Source: Candidatus Uzinura diaspidicola str. ASNER
GTDB lineage: Bacteria; Bacteroidota; Bacteroidia; Flavobacteriales; Blattabacteriaceae
Length of the DNA: 32,000 nt
Direction: 5' to 3'
Assembly: GCA_000331975.1 (NCBI GenBank)
Contig: CP003263.1
Span: 60,001-92,000, forward strand
Part shown: piece after piece, positions 1-9,576 of the stretch
How the letters are laid out: each line of letters begins with the position of its first letter
Numbering within the stretch: the first letter of the stretch is position 1
Notes under the pieces: model-generated
Databases searched by the model: none
What the model saw: only the letters and a program-made list of their open reading frames with translations
Told to the model about the DNA's origin: nothing
Position numbers and translations under genes: made by a program

Positions 1-229
1 TTTTCAAATCATCAGATTGTAAAATAGGCAATGCATGAAGTCTAGAATATTTTTTTATAGCTGATTCTACAAAAAGCTTTTTGTTCCTGACAGAAAATCT
101 GTCAGTAGTAGTTACTACACCTAATACGTTATATTTATATTTCAATAAATTTTCAATACTTAAAACAGAAAAATATGAAGTTCCCATAAATATTATTCTT
201 CCATCATTAATATTATTAACATTTAACAT
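1..229 (-). CDS. fmt: Methionyl-tRNA formyltransferase, N-terminal part (gene runs off the window start)
   Basis: Minus-strand frame from the ATG (complement of 227-229) reads MLNVNNINDGRIIFMGTSYFSVLSIENLLKYKYNVLGVVTTTDRFSVRNKKLFVESAIKKYSRLHALPILQSDDLK. This fits the formyltransferase N-terminal pattern (iiFmGT ... vvTxxD ... pv ... A ... lpvlqp). It is absent from the ORF track because no stop lies within the window. Confidence 0.75.
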   Translation of the reverse strand, partial: MLNVNNINDGRIIFMGTSYFSVLSIENLLKYKYNVLGVVTTTDRFSVRNKKLFVESAIKKYSRLHALPILQSDDLK

Positions 230-282
230 ATGTATTTCATATATGAAATTAGCATTTTTAAATATATATTTTTATCATTTAT

Positions 283-2556
283 ATGATAACACATAATTTA
301 GGTTATCCTAGAATAGGAATAAATCGTGAACTTAAAAAAGTTACAGAACAATATTTGTCTGGACAAATAACTATAGACCTTCTATCTCAAGAAACACGAA
401 AACTTCGTGAGAACCATTGGAAATTACAATCATTCCTTGATCTGATCCCGTGTAATGATTTTAGTTATTATGATCAAGTACTTGATATGTCTTTTTTACT
501 TGGTGCTATTCCTAAAAGATATAGTCCATTAGTTTCTTCTGTTAATCCTATTGACTTATATTTTGCAATGGCACGAGGTTATCAGTACGAAAATATTGAC
601 ATTCCAGCTATGGAGATGACTAAATGGTTTGATACAAATTATCATTATATTGTTCCAGAATTCTCATATGATCAAACTTTTTATTTATATTCACAAAAAA
701 TATTTGAAGATTTTGAAGAAGCGAAAAAAGTCTTAAACAAAATCCCTAAACCTGTACTTATTGGGCCAGTTTCTTATCTTCTTCTAGGAAAAGAAAAAGA
801 TAAGGGTTTTCACCGTATCAATCTACTTGACCGTCTATTACCAGTATACACAGAAATTATAAATAATTTATTGCAGAAAGGTGCTGAATGGATCCAACTA
901 GATGAACCTTTTCTTGTGCTTAAACTTAAAGAAGAAGAAAAAAAAGCATTTTTAAATGCTTATTCATATATAGAAAAATATTGTCCTAATATTAAAATTT
1001 TAATTGCTACTTATTTTGAAGGACTTGATGAAAATTATTCTATGGCTCTTTCTTTGCCAGTTTCTGCATTGCATATTGATTTAGTAAAAAGACCTGATCA
1101 ACTTAATAATATTTTAATAAACTTTCCTAAAGGACGTATACTATCTTTAGGTTTGATTGATGGAAGGAATATTTGGAAAAATGATTTTAAAAATTCTTTG
1201 AATCTTATTAAGAAGGCAATTACTTTTTTAGGAGAAAGGAATTTAATGATAGCTCCAAGCTGTTCACTTTTACATGTTCCTTTTGATAAAAATATTGAAG
1301 AAAATATTGCTACCTATCTAAAAGATAGATTGGCTTTTGCCAATCAAAAACTTCAAGAAATTCAATATTTAAAGAATATCTTGGAAGGAAATAAAATGTT
1401 ATTTATAAATAATCTTCGTTCACAAGAATTTTTCTCTACTTCAAAACTCATTCATAATCTTAACGTAAAGAACCGTATTTTTTCTACTAAAGAAAAAGAT
1501 ATACATAGAACTTCTACATTTGTAGTTCGTAAAGAACTTCAAAATAAACATTTTCAATGGCCTTTATTTCCTACTACAACTATAGGTTCTTTTCCACAAA
1601 CAAAAAAAATTCGTAAATTACGATCAAATTTAAAAAAAGGAAAAATAACTTTAGAAGAGTATGAAAAAGAAATTAAAAATAACATTATAAAAATTATAAA
1701 TTTTCAAGAAGAAATAGGTATAGATGTTTTGGTACATGGAGAACTAGAGAGAAATGATATGGTAGAATTTTTTGGTGAACAACTTAATGGTTTTTTTCAT
1801 ACTAAAAATGCTTGGGTCCAAAGTTATGGCTACCGCTGTGTTAAGCCTCCTATCATTTATGGAGATGTTAGTAGGGCTAAAGCTATGACAGTAAATTGGA
1901 GTTCTTTTGCTCAAGAAAAAACAATAAAACCAATGAAAGGTATGCTAACTGGACCTTTAACTATTTTACAGTGGTCCTTTGTCAGAGATGATCAAGATAG
2001 AGATAAAACAGCAGAGCAAATTGCTTGGGTTATTAGAGATGAACTTTTGGATTTAGAGAAGGCTGGTATAAGGATTATACAAATAGATGAACCAGCATTA
2101 CGAGAAGGCTTACCTTTAAAAGATAAAAATTGGGATGAATACTTTAAATGGGCGATAAGATCGTTTAGAATAGCTTCAAGTGCAGTTAGAAATGATACAC
2201 AAATTCACACACATATGTGCTATAGTGAATTTAATGAAATTATGGAGTTCATAGCTTGCATGGATGCAGATGTCATAACAATAGAAACTTCACGATCACA
2301 AATGGATCTTCTTGAAGACTTTGCACGATTTAAATATCCAAACGATATAGGTCCAGGAATATACGATATTCACTCTCCTAGAGAACCTAGTATAGAAGAA
2401 ATGTTAAAATTTTTGGTAAAAGCAACTAAATTATTAAATACTAAAAGATTGTGGGTAAATCCTGACTGTGGATTAAAAACAAGAACTTGGTATGAAACTA
2501 AACCTGCACTTAAAAATATGGTAGCAGCTGTTAAAAAAGCTAGAAACTTATTTTAG
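283..2556 (+). CDS. metE: Cobalamin-independent methionine synthase (5-methyltetrahydropteroyltriglutamate-homocysteine methyltransferase)
   Basis: 757-aa ORF. N-terminus is MITHNLGYPRIG. The C-terminal catalytic half contains IQIDEPALREGLP, THMCYSEF and WVNPDCGLKTR, the MetE zinc/homocysteine site pattern. Confidence 0.95.
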   Translation: MITHNLGYPRIGINRELKKVTEQYLSGQITIDLLSQETRKLRENHWKLQSFLDLIPCNDFSYYDQVLDMSFLLGAIPKRYSPLVSSVNPIDLYFAMARGYQYENIDIPAMEMTKWFDTNYHYIVPEFSYDQTFYLYSQKIFEDFEEAKKVLNKIPKPVLIGPVSYLLLGKEKDKGFHRINLLDRLLPVYTEIINNLLQKGAEWIQLDEPFLVLKLKEEEKKAFLNAYSYIEKYCPNIKILIATYFEGLDENYSMALSLPVSALHIDLVKRPDQLNNILINFPKGRILSLGLIDGRNIWKNDFKNSLNLIKKAITFLGERNLMIAPSCSLLHVPFDKNIEENIATYLKDRLAFANQKLQEIQYLKNILEGNKMLFINNLRSQEFFSTSKLIHNLNVKNRIFSTKEKDIHRTSTFVVRKELQNKHFQWPLFPTTTIGSFPQTKKIRKLRSNLKKGKITLEEYEKEIKNNIIKIINFQEEIGIDVLVHGELERNDMVEFFGEQLNGFFHTKNAWVQSYGYRCVKPPIIYGDVSRAKAMTVNWSSFAQEKTIKPMKGMLTGPLTILQWSFVRDDQDRDKTAEQIAWVIRDELLDLEKAGIRIIQIDEPALREGLPLKDKNWDEYFKWAIRSFRIASSAVRNDTQIHTHMCYSEFNEIMEFIACMDADVITIETSRSQMDLLEDFARFKYPNDIGPGIYDIHSPREPSIEEMLKFLVKATKLLNTKRLWVNPDCGLKTRTWYETKPALKNMVAAVKKARNLF

Positions 2557-5500
2557 CTTGTGAATAAAGATACTTAGTTTTTCTTCTTCAATTTCTATTT
2601 CTTTCTCTTCTTTGAACTTTAAGTTCGAACTAGAACCTAAATATAAATAAATGGATAGTGTATTATAGCAGATATAATCTTTATTTAAAATAATAGCTTT
2701 TTTTATGAACGAAGAAGCAGCAACATATAGAATAATTTTATCAGTAACTTTTAATTTACTTTTTTTTCTTATTTGTTGAATCTTACTTACAAAGTCGCGA
2801 GTTATTCCTTCAAGACGTAAAGTTTCGTCTACTTGAATATCAAGTGCTATAATAAAATCTTCTTCAAAAGCTACTGACCATCCTTTTATTTTTTTAGTTA
2901 ATATATCTACTTCTTCTATTCCTATTTTTTGTTTTCTTCCTTCTATCTCTATAGTACAATATTTATTTTCTTCCAACTTATTAATTTGATTTATAGAAAG
3001 TTTAATCAGTAATTCTGATATCTTATAGATATTCTTACCAAAACGAGGTCCCAAAAGTCTATAATTTGGTTTTATTTCTTTAATATAAAAATTCTCTGCT
3101 TCCTCTTTTGACAGAGGAAGAATTTTCTTTACATTAACTTCCTGTTTTATTAGTTCAGTAAGATAATTAACTTTATTATAGTTTTCATAAGAAAACGATA
3201 AAATTCTCAATTGTTTAAGAGGTTGACGAACTTTTATATTTTCTTTTTTTCTTAGAGACAAAACTATAGAAGCAATACGTTGAGAAACGTGCATTTGTTC
3301 TTGTAATTTAATATCTATAAGATTTTTTTGTCCTTTTGGAAAATAAGAGAGATGAACGCTTCTATATATTTCTTTTCTGCTTGCATCTACTAGATCTTTA
3401 TATAAAATATCAGAAAAAAAAGGTGCTATTGGCGCAAGCAACTTAGCAATTACTAATAATATTTCATATAAAGTTTGGAATGCTGCTATTTTATCTTGAG
3501 AATAGATACATTTCCAAAACCTTTTTCTAGATAAACGAATGTACCATTTACTTAGTTGAGTTATAACAAAATAAGAAATATTTCGTATAGAACGGGTAGG
3601 GTCATAATTATCATAAAAATTTTCTACATTCTTAATAAGAAGATGTAATTCTGATAGAATCCATCTATCAAGTTCAGGACGTCTACATAACTTAATAGGA
3701 TCTTCCTTATAACAGAATAGATCTATATTTGCATATAAAGCAAAAAAAGCATAGGTATTATAAAGCGTACCAAAAAATTTTCTACGTACTTCATCTATAC
3801 ACGATAAATTAAATTTTATATTTTCCCAAGGAAGACTATTTGAAATAATATAGCAACGTACTGCGTCAGGACCATATCTTTCAAGAATTTCAAAAGGATT
3901 AATAATATTACCTTTACTTTTAGACATTTTTTGTCCATTTTTATCTAAGACTAAGCCATTAGATACTACATTTTTATAAGCTACAGATCGAAAAAGCATA
4001 GATGAAATAGCATGTAAAGTATAAAACCATCCTCTAGTTTGATCTACTCCTTCAGAAATAAAATCTGCTGGATAGAATTTACCATGCTGTATTTTATCTT
4101 TATTTTCAAACGGATAATGTAATTGAGCAAAAGGCATCGCTCCAGAATCAAACCATACATCAACTAAATCTTCTTCGCGTTGCATAGGTTTTCCTCTAGA
4201 CGATACAAGGATAATATCGTCTATCATAGGTTTATGAATATCAATTTGTTTATAATTTTCCGTACTCATTTCACCTATAATAAAACTGAACGAAGGATTT
4301 CTTTTCATAAAATTTGCTTCAATAGATTTTTTAATTTCTATTATTAACTCTTCTATTGAACCTATAATTTTTTCTTCTGTTTGATTTTTAGTACGCCATA
4401 TTGGAATTGGAATTCCCCAATATCTAGAACGAGAAAGATTCCAATCATTAAGCTTTCTAAGCCAATATCCAAAACGATTTTTTCCTGTGGAAAAAGGAAT
4501 CCATTTAATTGTATTATTCAGAAAGATCATCTCTTCAATAAGAAAAGAAGTCTTTATACACCAAGAATATAAGGGATAATATAATATAGGAGTCTCTGTA
4601 CGCCAACAATGTGGATAAGTATGTCTGTATTTTGCTATCTTAAATGCTTTTCCTTTCTTTTTTAAATATAATGCTAATTCTACATCTACAGAATTCTTAT
4701 TTTCTTTATCATATTCTTTTTTAACATATCTTCCTCTGAATGGAAAAGGTAGACTTTTGATAAATCTACCTTGTAGATCTACAAGCGGTAGCTCTATGTT
4801 TTTCTTCTTATCCCAAACTAACATTGATGTAATTCCATGTCTCTTAGCTATTAACGCATCTTCATAACCAAAAGTAGGAGCTATATGTACAATTCCTGTA
4901 CCTTCTTTATTAGAAACAAAATCAGAAGATATCACTTCAAAAGCATTTTCAGTCTTTTTATAAGGAAGTAGCCAAGGTAAAAGCTGTTCGTAACTAGCAC
5001 CTATAATATATTTCCCCAAAAAAGAATAAATAATACGATAAGGTGTAATCTTATTTGATAGAATTGAATTAAGTAATTGTTTTGAAACAATTATATATAT
5101 TTTGTCAAAAATATAAGTATTAAAAGTTTCTACCAATACATATTCTATAGAATTACCTACAGCAATTGCTGTATTAGATGGAAGTGTCCATGGAGTAGAT
5201 GTCCATGCTAAAAAATAGATATCTCCTTCGATAGAAGATAAAGATATAGGTAATTTTTTTTTACTAGCTTTAAATTGAGCTATTATAGTAGTATCTGTTA
5301 TTTCTTTATATACCCCAGGTATATTAAGTTCAAGATTACTTAAACCTGTACCAGCAATAGGAGAATATGGTTGAACGGTATATCCTTTATATATAAATTT
5401 CCTTTCAAATAAGTTTTTTAACATATTCCATATAGTTTCTATATATTTGGAGTTATATGTGATATATGCATCTTCCTGGTCTATCCAATATCCAATTTCA

Positions 5501-5910
5501 TCCGTTAGTTGTTTCCAAATATCAATATAACGAATCACTGAAGTATAGCATATTTTATTATATTCATAGATACTTATTTTTTCACCTATATCTTCTTTTT
5601 TTATATTTAGAAAATTTTCTACGCCTAATTCTATAGGAAGACCATGAGTATCCCATCCAGCTTTTCTATGAACCTGTTTTCCTTTGATAGTTTTATATCT
5701 ACAGAAAATATCTTTTATAGTACATCCAAGAAGATGATGTATACCTGGTATTCCGTTAGAAGATGGAGGACCTTCATAAAAAACCCATTTTTTTTTTCCT
5801 TTCTTAGAAGAAATACTCCTTTTAAATATTTTGTCTTTTCTCCAATACTTTTGGGCTATTTTAGCCGAAATATTAAGATCAAGCTTAATCTTTTCTTTGA
5901 AAAATCTCAT
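2548..5910 (-). CDS. ileS: Isoleucyl-tRNA synthetase (long, type-2 form)
   Basis: 1120-aa ORF. HIGH-type motif PGIHHLLG and KMSKS motif GQKMSKSKGN are present. The length is typical of the bacteroidete-type IleRS. Its 3' end overlaps the metE 3' end by 9 nt (convergent). Confidence 0.95.
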   Translation of the reverse strand: MRFFKEKIKLDLNISAKIAQKYWRKDKIFKRSISSKKGKKKWVFYEGPPSSNGIPGIHHLLGCTIKDIFCRYKTIKGKQVHRKAGWDTHGLPIELGVENFLNIKKEDIGEKISIYEYNKICYTSVIRYIDIWKQLTDEIGYWIDQEDAYITYNSKYIETIWNMLKNLFERKFIYKGYTVQPYSPIAGTGLSNLELNIPGVYKEITDTTIIAQFKASKKKLPISLSSIEGDIYFLAWTSTPWTLPSNTAIAVGNSIEYVLVETFNTYIFDKIYIIVSKQLLNSILSNKITPYRIIYSFLGKYIIGASYEQLLPWLLPYKKTENAFEVISSDFVSNKEGTGIVHIAPTFGYEDALIAKRHGITSMLVWDKKKNIELPLVDLQGRFIKSLPFPFRGRYVKKEYDKENKNSVDVELALYLKKKGKAFKIAKYRHTYPHCWRTETPILYYPLYSWCIKTSFLIEEMIFLNNTIKWIPFSTGKNRFGYWLRKLNDWNLSRSRYWGIPIPIWRTKNQTEEKIIGSIEELIIEIKKSIEANFMKRNPSFSFIIGEMSTENYKQIDIHKPMIDDIILVSSRGKPMQREEDLVDVWFDSGAMPFAQLHYPFENKDKIQHGKFYPADFISEGVDQTRGWFYTLHAISSMLFRSVAYKNVVSNGLVLDKNGQKMSKSKGNIINPFEILERYGPDAVRCYIISNSLPWENIKFNLSCIDEVRRKFFGTLYNTYAFFALYANIDLFCYKEDPIKLCRRPELDRWILSELHLLIKNVENFYDNYDPTRSIRNISYFVITQLSKWYIRLSRKRFWKCIYSQDKIAAFQTLYEILLVIAKLLAPIAPFFSDILYKDLVDASRKEIYRSVHLSYFPKGQKNLIDIKLQEQMHVSQRIASIVLSLRKKENIKVRQPLKQLRILSFSYENYNKVNYLTELIKQEVNVKKILPLSKEEAENFYIKEIKPNYRLLGPRFGKNIYKISELLIKLSINQINKLEENKYCTIEIEGRKQKIGIEEVDILTKKIKGWSVAFEEDFIIALDIQVDETLRLEGITRDFVSKIQQIRKKSKLKVTDKIILYVAASSFIKKAIILNKDYICYNTLSIYLYLGSSSNLKFKEEKEIEIEEEKLSIFIHKLK

Positions 5911-5929
5911 TATTATTTATTATCTGAGG

Positions 5930-6175
5930 CTACTTGTTCGATCTTGCGTAAAAAGAAATATCAGCTCTTATTTCACAATACTTATTAACTACTCCATTTC
6001 TACATAAGACACCTGCAAATTCTACTTGTTCAGGATAATTTATAATAGTTTTTGCTCTTTGTGAATAAAAATCTATTATTGTATAGCCATAAAAGTAAAG
6101 ATTTTTATTTATATATTCCTTGGTTAGCCAAATTGCACACTCATAACCTATAGTAATTCTCATATTATTTCTCAT
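5930..6175 (-). CDS. Small ORF (81 aa), possibly a decayed MsrB/SelR-domain (methionine-R-sulfoxide reductase) remnant
   Basis: An 81-aa open frame in a very AT-rich (stop-rich) intergenic gap is unlikely by chance. IGYECAIW...YGYTIIDF resembles GxYxCxxCxxxLFxSxxKFxSGCGWPSF, and VNKYCEIRADISF resembles GLRYCINSAALKF. The N-terminal ~45 aa, the HLGHVF block and most Zn cysteines are missing. Comparison is by eye only. Confidence 0.4.
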   Translation of the reverse strand: MRNNMRITIGYECAIWLTKEYINKNLYFYGYTIIDFYSQRAKTIINYPEQVEFAGVLCRNGVVNKYCEIRADISFYARSNK

Positions 6176-6222
6176 CTTATTAGAAAGATAATATTTTCAT
6201 ACGGTATATTTAAAAAGTACTC

Positions 6223-7233
6223 ATGAAAACTATAGCTAATTTTTATTTTCTAAATAAAATTCCTATTATCCGTGTTGATTTTAATGTCCCACATAATAAC
6301 CTCTTCAGTAGGTTATATAAAATAATAATTTCTGATAGAGTACAAAAAACTATCCTAATTTCACATTTAGGTCTTTCACATGGAGAAATTTCTAATAAGT
6401 TTTCTCTTATAAATATTATCCCGTATCTGCAGAAAGCATTAAAAATTCAAGTACAGAAGTGTAAAGAAATTATAGGCAATATAATACATAGAATAATATT
6501 AAAGAATATTAGATTTTTTAAAGAAGAAGATGGAAATGAAGTTTTTGCAAAGCAATTATCTCATATTTATGTTAATGATGCTTTTGGTGTTTCTCATCGC
6601 TCTCAAACTCCTATTACAAAAATAACTAAGTTTTTTCCATCTTTAAAATATTTTGTTATATATGGAAAAAAACCTATTACTGCAATAATAGGAGGAGCAA
6701 AGGTCTCATCTAAAATATTTCTTCTCGTAAATATTCTTCCATTAAGAGATCATCTTTTAATAGCGGGTGGAATGGCTTATAATTTTATTAAAATATTAGA
6801 AGGTAGAGTAGGAAACTCTATAATTGACTATTATAAAAATAAATCTCTTAGAAAGAAAAATCATGTAGATTTACCAATCGATGTAATAATATCTGATGCT
6901 ATGAATAAAGATGCAAATATTAAAGAACAATTTGCAAAAAAAATATCTAAAGGATGGATGGGGCTAGATATAGGAAGAAAGTCTATACATGAGTTTACAA
7001 AAGTAATCAATCGTTCTCTTTCAATTTTTTGGAATGGCCCTTTAAGAGTTTTTTACATTACTAATTTTTCAAATGGAACTTCCAAAGGAGCTTTTTCTAT
7101 GGTAGGTGGTGGAGAGTCTATCTTATCAAGAAAAAAATATAAATATAAAATAAGTTATATATCTACTGGAGGTGTTGCAATGTTAGCAATTTTAAAGGGT
7201 AAGAATCTTCCAGGTGTATCTGTTAATAACTAA
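6223..7233 (+). CDS. pgk: Phosphoglycerate kinase, shortened and divergent (possibly non-functional)
   Basis: 336-aa ORF with PGK blocks in order: IIRVDFNVP, SHLG, NIRF, YVNDAFGVSHR, GGAKVSSKI, AGGMAYNF, GLDIG, WNGP, GGGES, YISTGGVAMLAILKGKNLPG. It is about 50 aa shorter than typical PGK (~390 aa), and signature residues are changed (see findings). Confidence 0.8.
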   Translation: MKTIANFYFLNKIPIIRVDFNVPHNNLFSRLYKIIISDRVQKTILISHLGLSHGEISNKFSLINIIPYLQKALKIQVQKCKEIIGNIIHRIILKNIRFFKEEDGNEVFAKQLSHIYVNDAFGVSHRSQTPITKITKFFPSLKYFVIYGKKPITAIIGGAKVSSKIFLLVNILPLRDHLLIAGGMAYNFIKILEGRVGNSIIDYYKNKSLRKKNHVDLPIDVIISDAMNKDANIKEQFAKKISKGWMGLDIGRKSIHEFTKVINRSLSIFWNGPLRVFYITNFSNGTSKGAFSMVGGGESILSRKKYKYKISYISTGGVAMLAILKGKNLPGVSVNN

Positions 7234-7245
7234 TTGCATAAAATT

Positions 7246-7863
7246 ATGTCTTTTTCATTACCAAGACTTTCTTATACTTATAAATCACTAGAACCTATGA
7301 TAGATGCTCATACTATGGAAATTCATTATACTAAGCATCATGCTACATATACAGAAAATCTTAATAAATCTATTGAAAATACAAAATTTAAAAATCTTTC
7401 TATAGAAGAAATATTAAAATCAGGAATTGATAACCCTCTTATTCGTAACAATGCTGGTGGATTTTATAATCATTCTTTATTTTGGCGAATTCTTACTTCG
7501 CCTAAAATTAGCCGCCTATCTGAATCTTTTATTTTTTATATTGAGGATAGCTTTAAATCTGTTGATAGCTTTAAAGAAGAATTTACAGATTCTGCTATAA
7601 GCTTTTGTGGCTCTGGGTGGACTTGGCTTTCTATTTGTCCGAAAAGAGGGAAACTATTTATATCGTCAACTCCTAATCAAGATAACCCAATCATGCCAGT
7701 AGTTGATAAGATTGGGATCCCAATTTTAGGATTAGATATATGGGAACATGCTTATTATCTAAAATATAAAAATAAACGGGTTCAATATATAAAATCTTTT
7801 TGGAAAATAGTTAACTGGGCAGAAGTTTTTAACCTGTTTAAAACCCATATAATTCTATCTTGA
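7246..7863 (+). CDS. sodA: Fe/Mn-family superoxide dismutase
   Basis: MSFSLPRLSYTYKSLEPMIDAHTMEIHYTKHH, NAGGFYNHSLFW and GLDIWEHAYYLKY carry all four metal-ligand positions (H, H, D, H). I moved the start from the track's TTG (7234) to the ATG at 7246, which gives the canonical N-terminus. Whether the metal is Fe or Mn cannot be told from sequence. Confidence 0.9.
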   Translation: MSFSLPRLSYTYKSLEPMIDAHTMEIHYTKHHATYTENLNKSIENTKFKNLSIEEILKSGIDNPLIRNNAGGFYNHSLFWRILTSPKISRLSESFIFYIEDSFKSVDSFKEEFTDSAISFCGSGWTWLSICPKRGKLFISSTPNQDNPIMPVVDKIGIPILGLDIWEHAYYLKYKNKRVQYIKSFWKIVNWAEVFNLFKTHIILS

Positions 7864-7880
7864 ATATTTATGAATTATAT

Positions 7881-8522
7881 ATGGGAATTATTCTTAATAT
7901 AGAAACTTCAACTAAAAATTGTTCAATTTCTCTTGCTAAAAATGGACTACCTTTTCTAGTTGTAGAAGAAAATTCTGAATATTATTCGCATGCTGAAAAA
8001 ATTCACTGTTTTATCTCTTCTGCTATTGAAGCTAGTTTATTAAAAGTTTCTGAACTAAATGCCATTAGTGTAAGTAAAGGACCTGGGTCTTATACTGGAT
8101 TAAAAATAGGGCTAGCTGTAGCTAAAGGACTATGTTATAGTCTAAATATCCCTTTACTATCTATAGATACTTTAAGTATTATGATAGAAGGAATACATAT
8201 TGAAAAAGGTCTCATTATTCCTATGATAGATGCTCGTTTTAAAGAAGTATATATATCAATATACAATGAAAATAAAGTTAGACTAACTCCTATCCAAGCA
8301 ATTAATATTAAAAATAATAGTTTTCAAGAGTATGCAAAACATAAAATTTATCTTTTAGGAAATGTAGCAAAAAAAGCTAAAAATATTATAAAAACACAAG
8401 TTGATTTTTATTCAGAGATTTATCCATCATCTCAATTAATGGCATTTCTTTCTGAGAAGTATTATAAAAATAAAATATATGAAAATATGGAAACTTTTGA
8501 ACCTTTATATACTCTGAATTAG
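7881..8522 (+). CDS. tsaB: tRNA t6A37 threonylcarbamoyltransferase complex dimerisation subunit TsaB (YeaZ)
   Basis: MGIILNIETSTKNCSISL and VSKGPGSYTGLKIGLAVAKG match the TsaB/YeaZ N-terminal pattern. The ATG at 7881 is preferred over the in-frame TTG at 7860. Confidence 0.8.
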   Translation: MGIILNIETSTKNCSISLAKNGLPFLVVEENSEYYSHAEKIHCFISSAIEASLLKVSELNAISVSKGPGSYTGLKIGLAVAKGLCYSLNIPLLSIDTLSIMIEGIHIEKGLIIPMIDARFKEVYISIYNENKVRLTPIQAINIKNNSFQEYAKHKIYLLGNVAKKAKNIIKTQVDFYSEIYPSSQLMAFLSEKYYKNKIYENMETFEPLYTLN

Positions 8523-8526
8523 TCTT

Positions 8527-9576
8527 ATGTTTCAAGAAAGAAAAACTTCTACTCCATTGGAAAAGTTAGGAGAATTTGGTATAATAAAATATCTCACACA
8601 AGATATTAATTATCATCAATTTTCTAGTATTATAGGTATAGGAGATGATGCAGCTGTTTTAGATTTTAAAGAAAATAAAATATTAGTTTCAACAGACTTA
8701 TTAATTGAAGGAATACATTTTAATTTAGCATATACACCATTAAAACATTTAGGATATAAAGCAGTAGTAGTGAATATTAGTGATATCTATGCAATGAATG
8801 CTAAACCTACTCAAATTACTATCTCTATTGCAGTTTCTAATAAGTTTAGTTTAGAGTCTCTTAATGAATTTTATGTAGGTATTAAGATGGCTTGTAAACA
8901 TTACAAAATAGATTTAATAGGAGGAGATACCTCTTCTTCTAATTTTGGAATGATTATATCTATGACTGCTATAGGTAGTGCATATCAAAAAGATATTGTT
9001 TTACGTAAAGGAGCTGCTCCTAATGATCTTTTAGTAGTTTCGGGGGATTTGGGAGCCGCCTATTTAGGATTACAAATCCTTAAACGTGAATATGAAGTAT
9101 TCAAAACTAATCCACATATTCAACCAGAATATGGTGGATATGAATATGTTATACAACGTCAATTAAAACCAGAAGCTCCAAATAAAATACTTTCTATTTT
9201 TAATACTGTTGATGTAAAACCTTCATCTATGATTGATATATCTGATGGGTTAGCCTCTGAAGTTCTTCAGATTTGTGATATGAATAACTTAGGATGTCGT
9301 CTTTTTGAAGGTAAACTACCTATAGATCCTCAAACTCAACTTGCCTGTGAAGATCTTCAATTAAATCCATCAATAGCAGTATTAAGTGGAGGGGAAGATT
9401 ACGAATTACTTTTTTCCATATCACTGAAAGATTATGAAAAAATAAAATATCAAGACTATTTTTCAGTCATTGGCTATATGACTTATCTAGAAGAAGGGGC
9501 AAAAATTATTACAAAAGAAGGTCAATTAGTTTCTATTACAGCCCAAGGTTGGGATGCTTTTCTTAAGCATGCTTAA
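8527..9576 (+). CDS. thiL: Thiamine-monophosphate kinase
   Basis: 349-aa ORF of the AIR-synthase-related family. It contains GIGDDAAVL, DLLIEGIHF, GGDTSSS and SGGEDYELLF. Confidence 0.85.
   Translation: MFQERKTSTPLEKLGEFGIIKYLTQDINYHQFSSIIGIGDDAAVLDFKENKILVSTDLLIEGIHFNLAYTPLKHLGYKAVVVNISDIYAMNAKPTQITISIAVSNKFSLESLNEFYVGIKMACKHYKIDLIGGDTSSSNFGMIISMTAIGSAYQKDIVLRKGAAPNDLLVVSGDLGAAYLGLQILKREYEVFKTNPHIQPEYGGYEYVIQRQLKPEAPNKILSIFNTVDVKPSSMIDISDGLASEVLQICDMNNLGCRLFEGKLPIDPQTQLACEDLQLNPSIAVLSGGEDYELLFSISLKDYEKIKYQDYFSVIGYMTYLEEGAKIITKEGQLVSITAQGWDAFLKHA

Noticed and set aside
230-282. A possible cobalamin or SAM riboswitch upstream of metE.
   Set aside because: Only about 50 nt of almost pure A/T separate the fmt start from the metE start. 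There is no room and no conserved riboswitch core.
81-296. 71-aa + strand ORF from the track.
   Set aside because: It lies antisense to the fmt N-terminus (complement of 1-229) and runs into the metE start. It is low-complexity with F/I/L/N/Y-rich composition and no family resemblance.
4381-5988. Track ORFs 4381-4572 (+) and 5644-5988 (+).
   Set aside because: 4381-4572 lies wholly antisense inside ileS. 5644-5988 is antisense across the ileS 5' end and extends into the upstream spacer and the 3' end of the 5930-6175 ORF. The composition is typical of shadow ORFs opposite a real gene.
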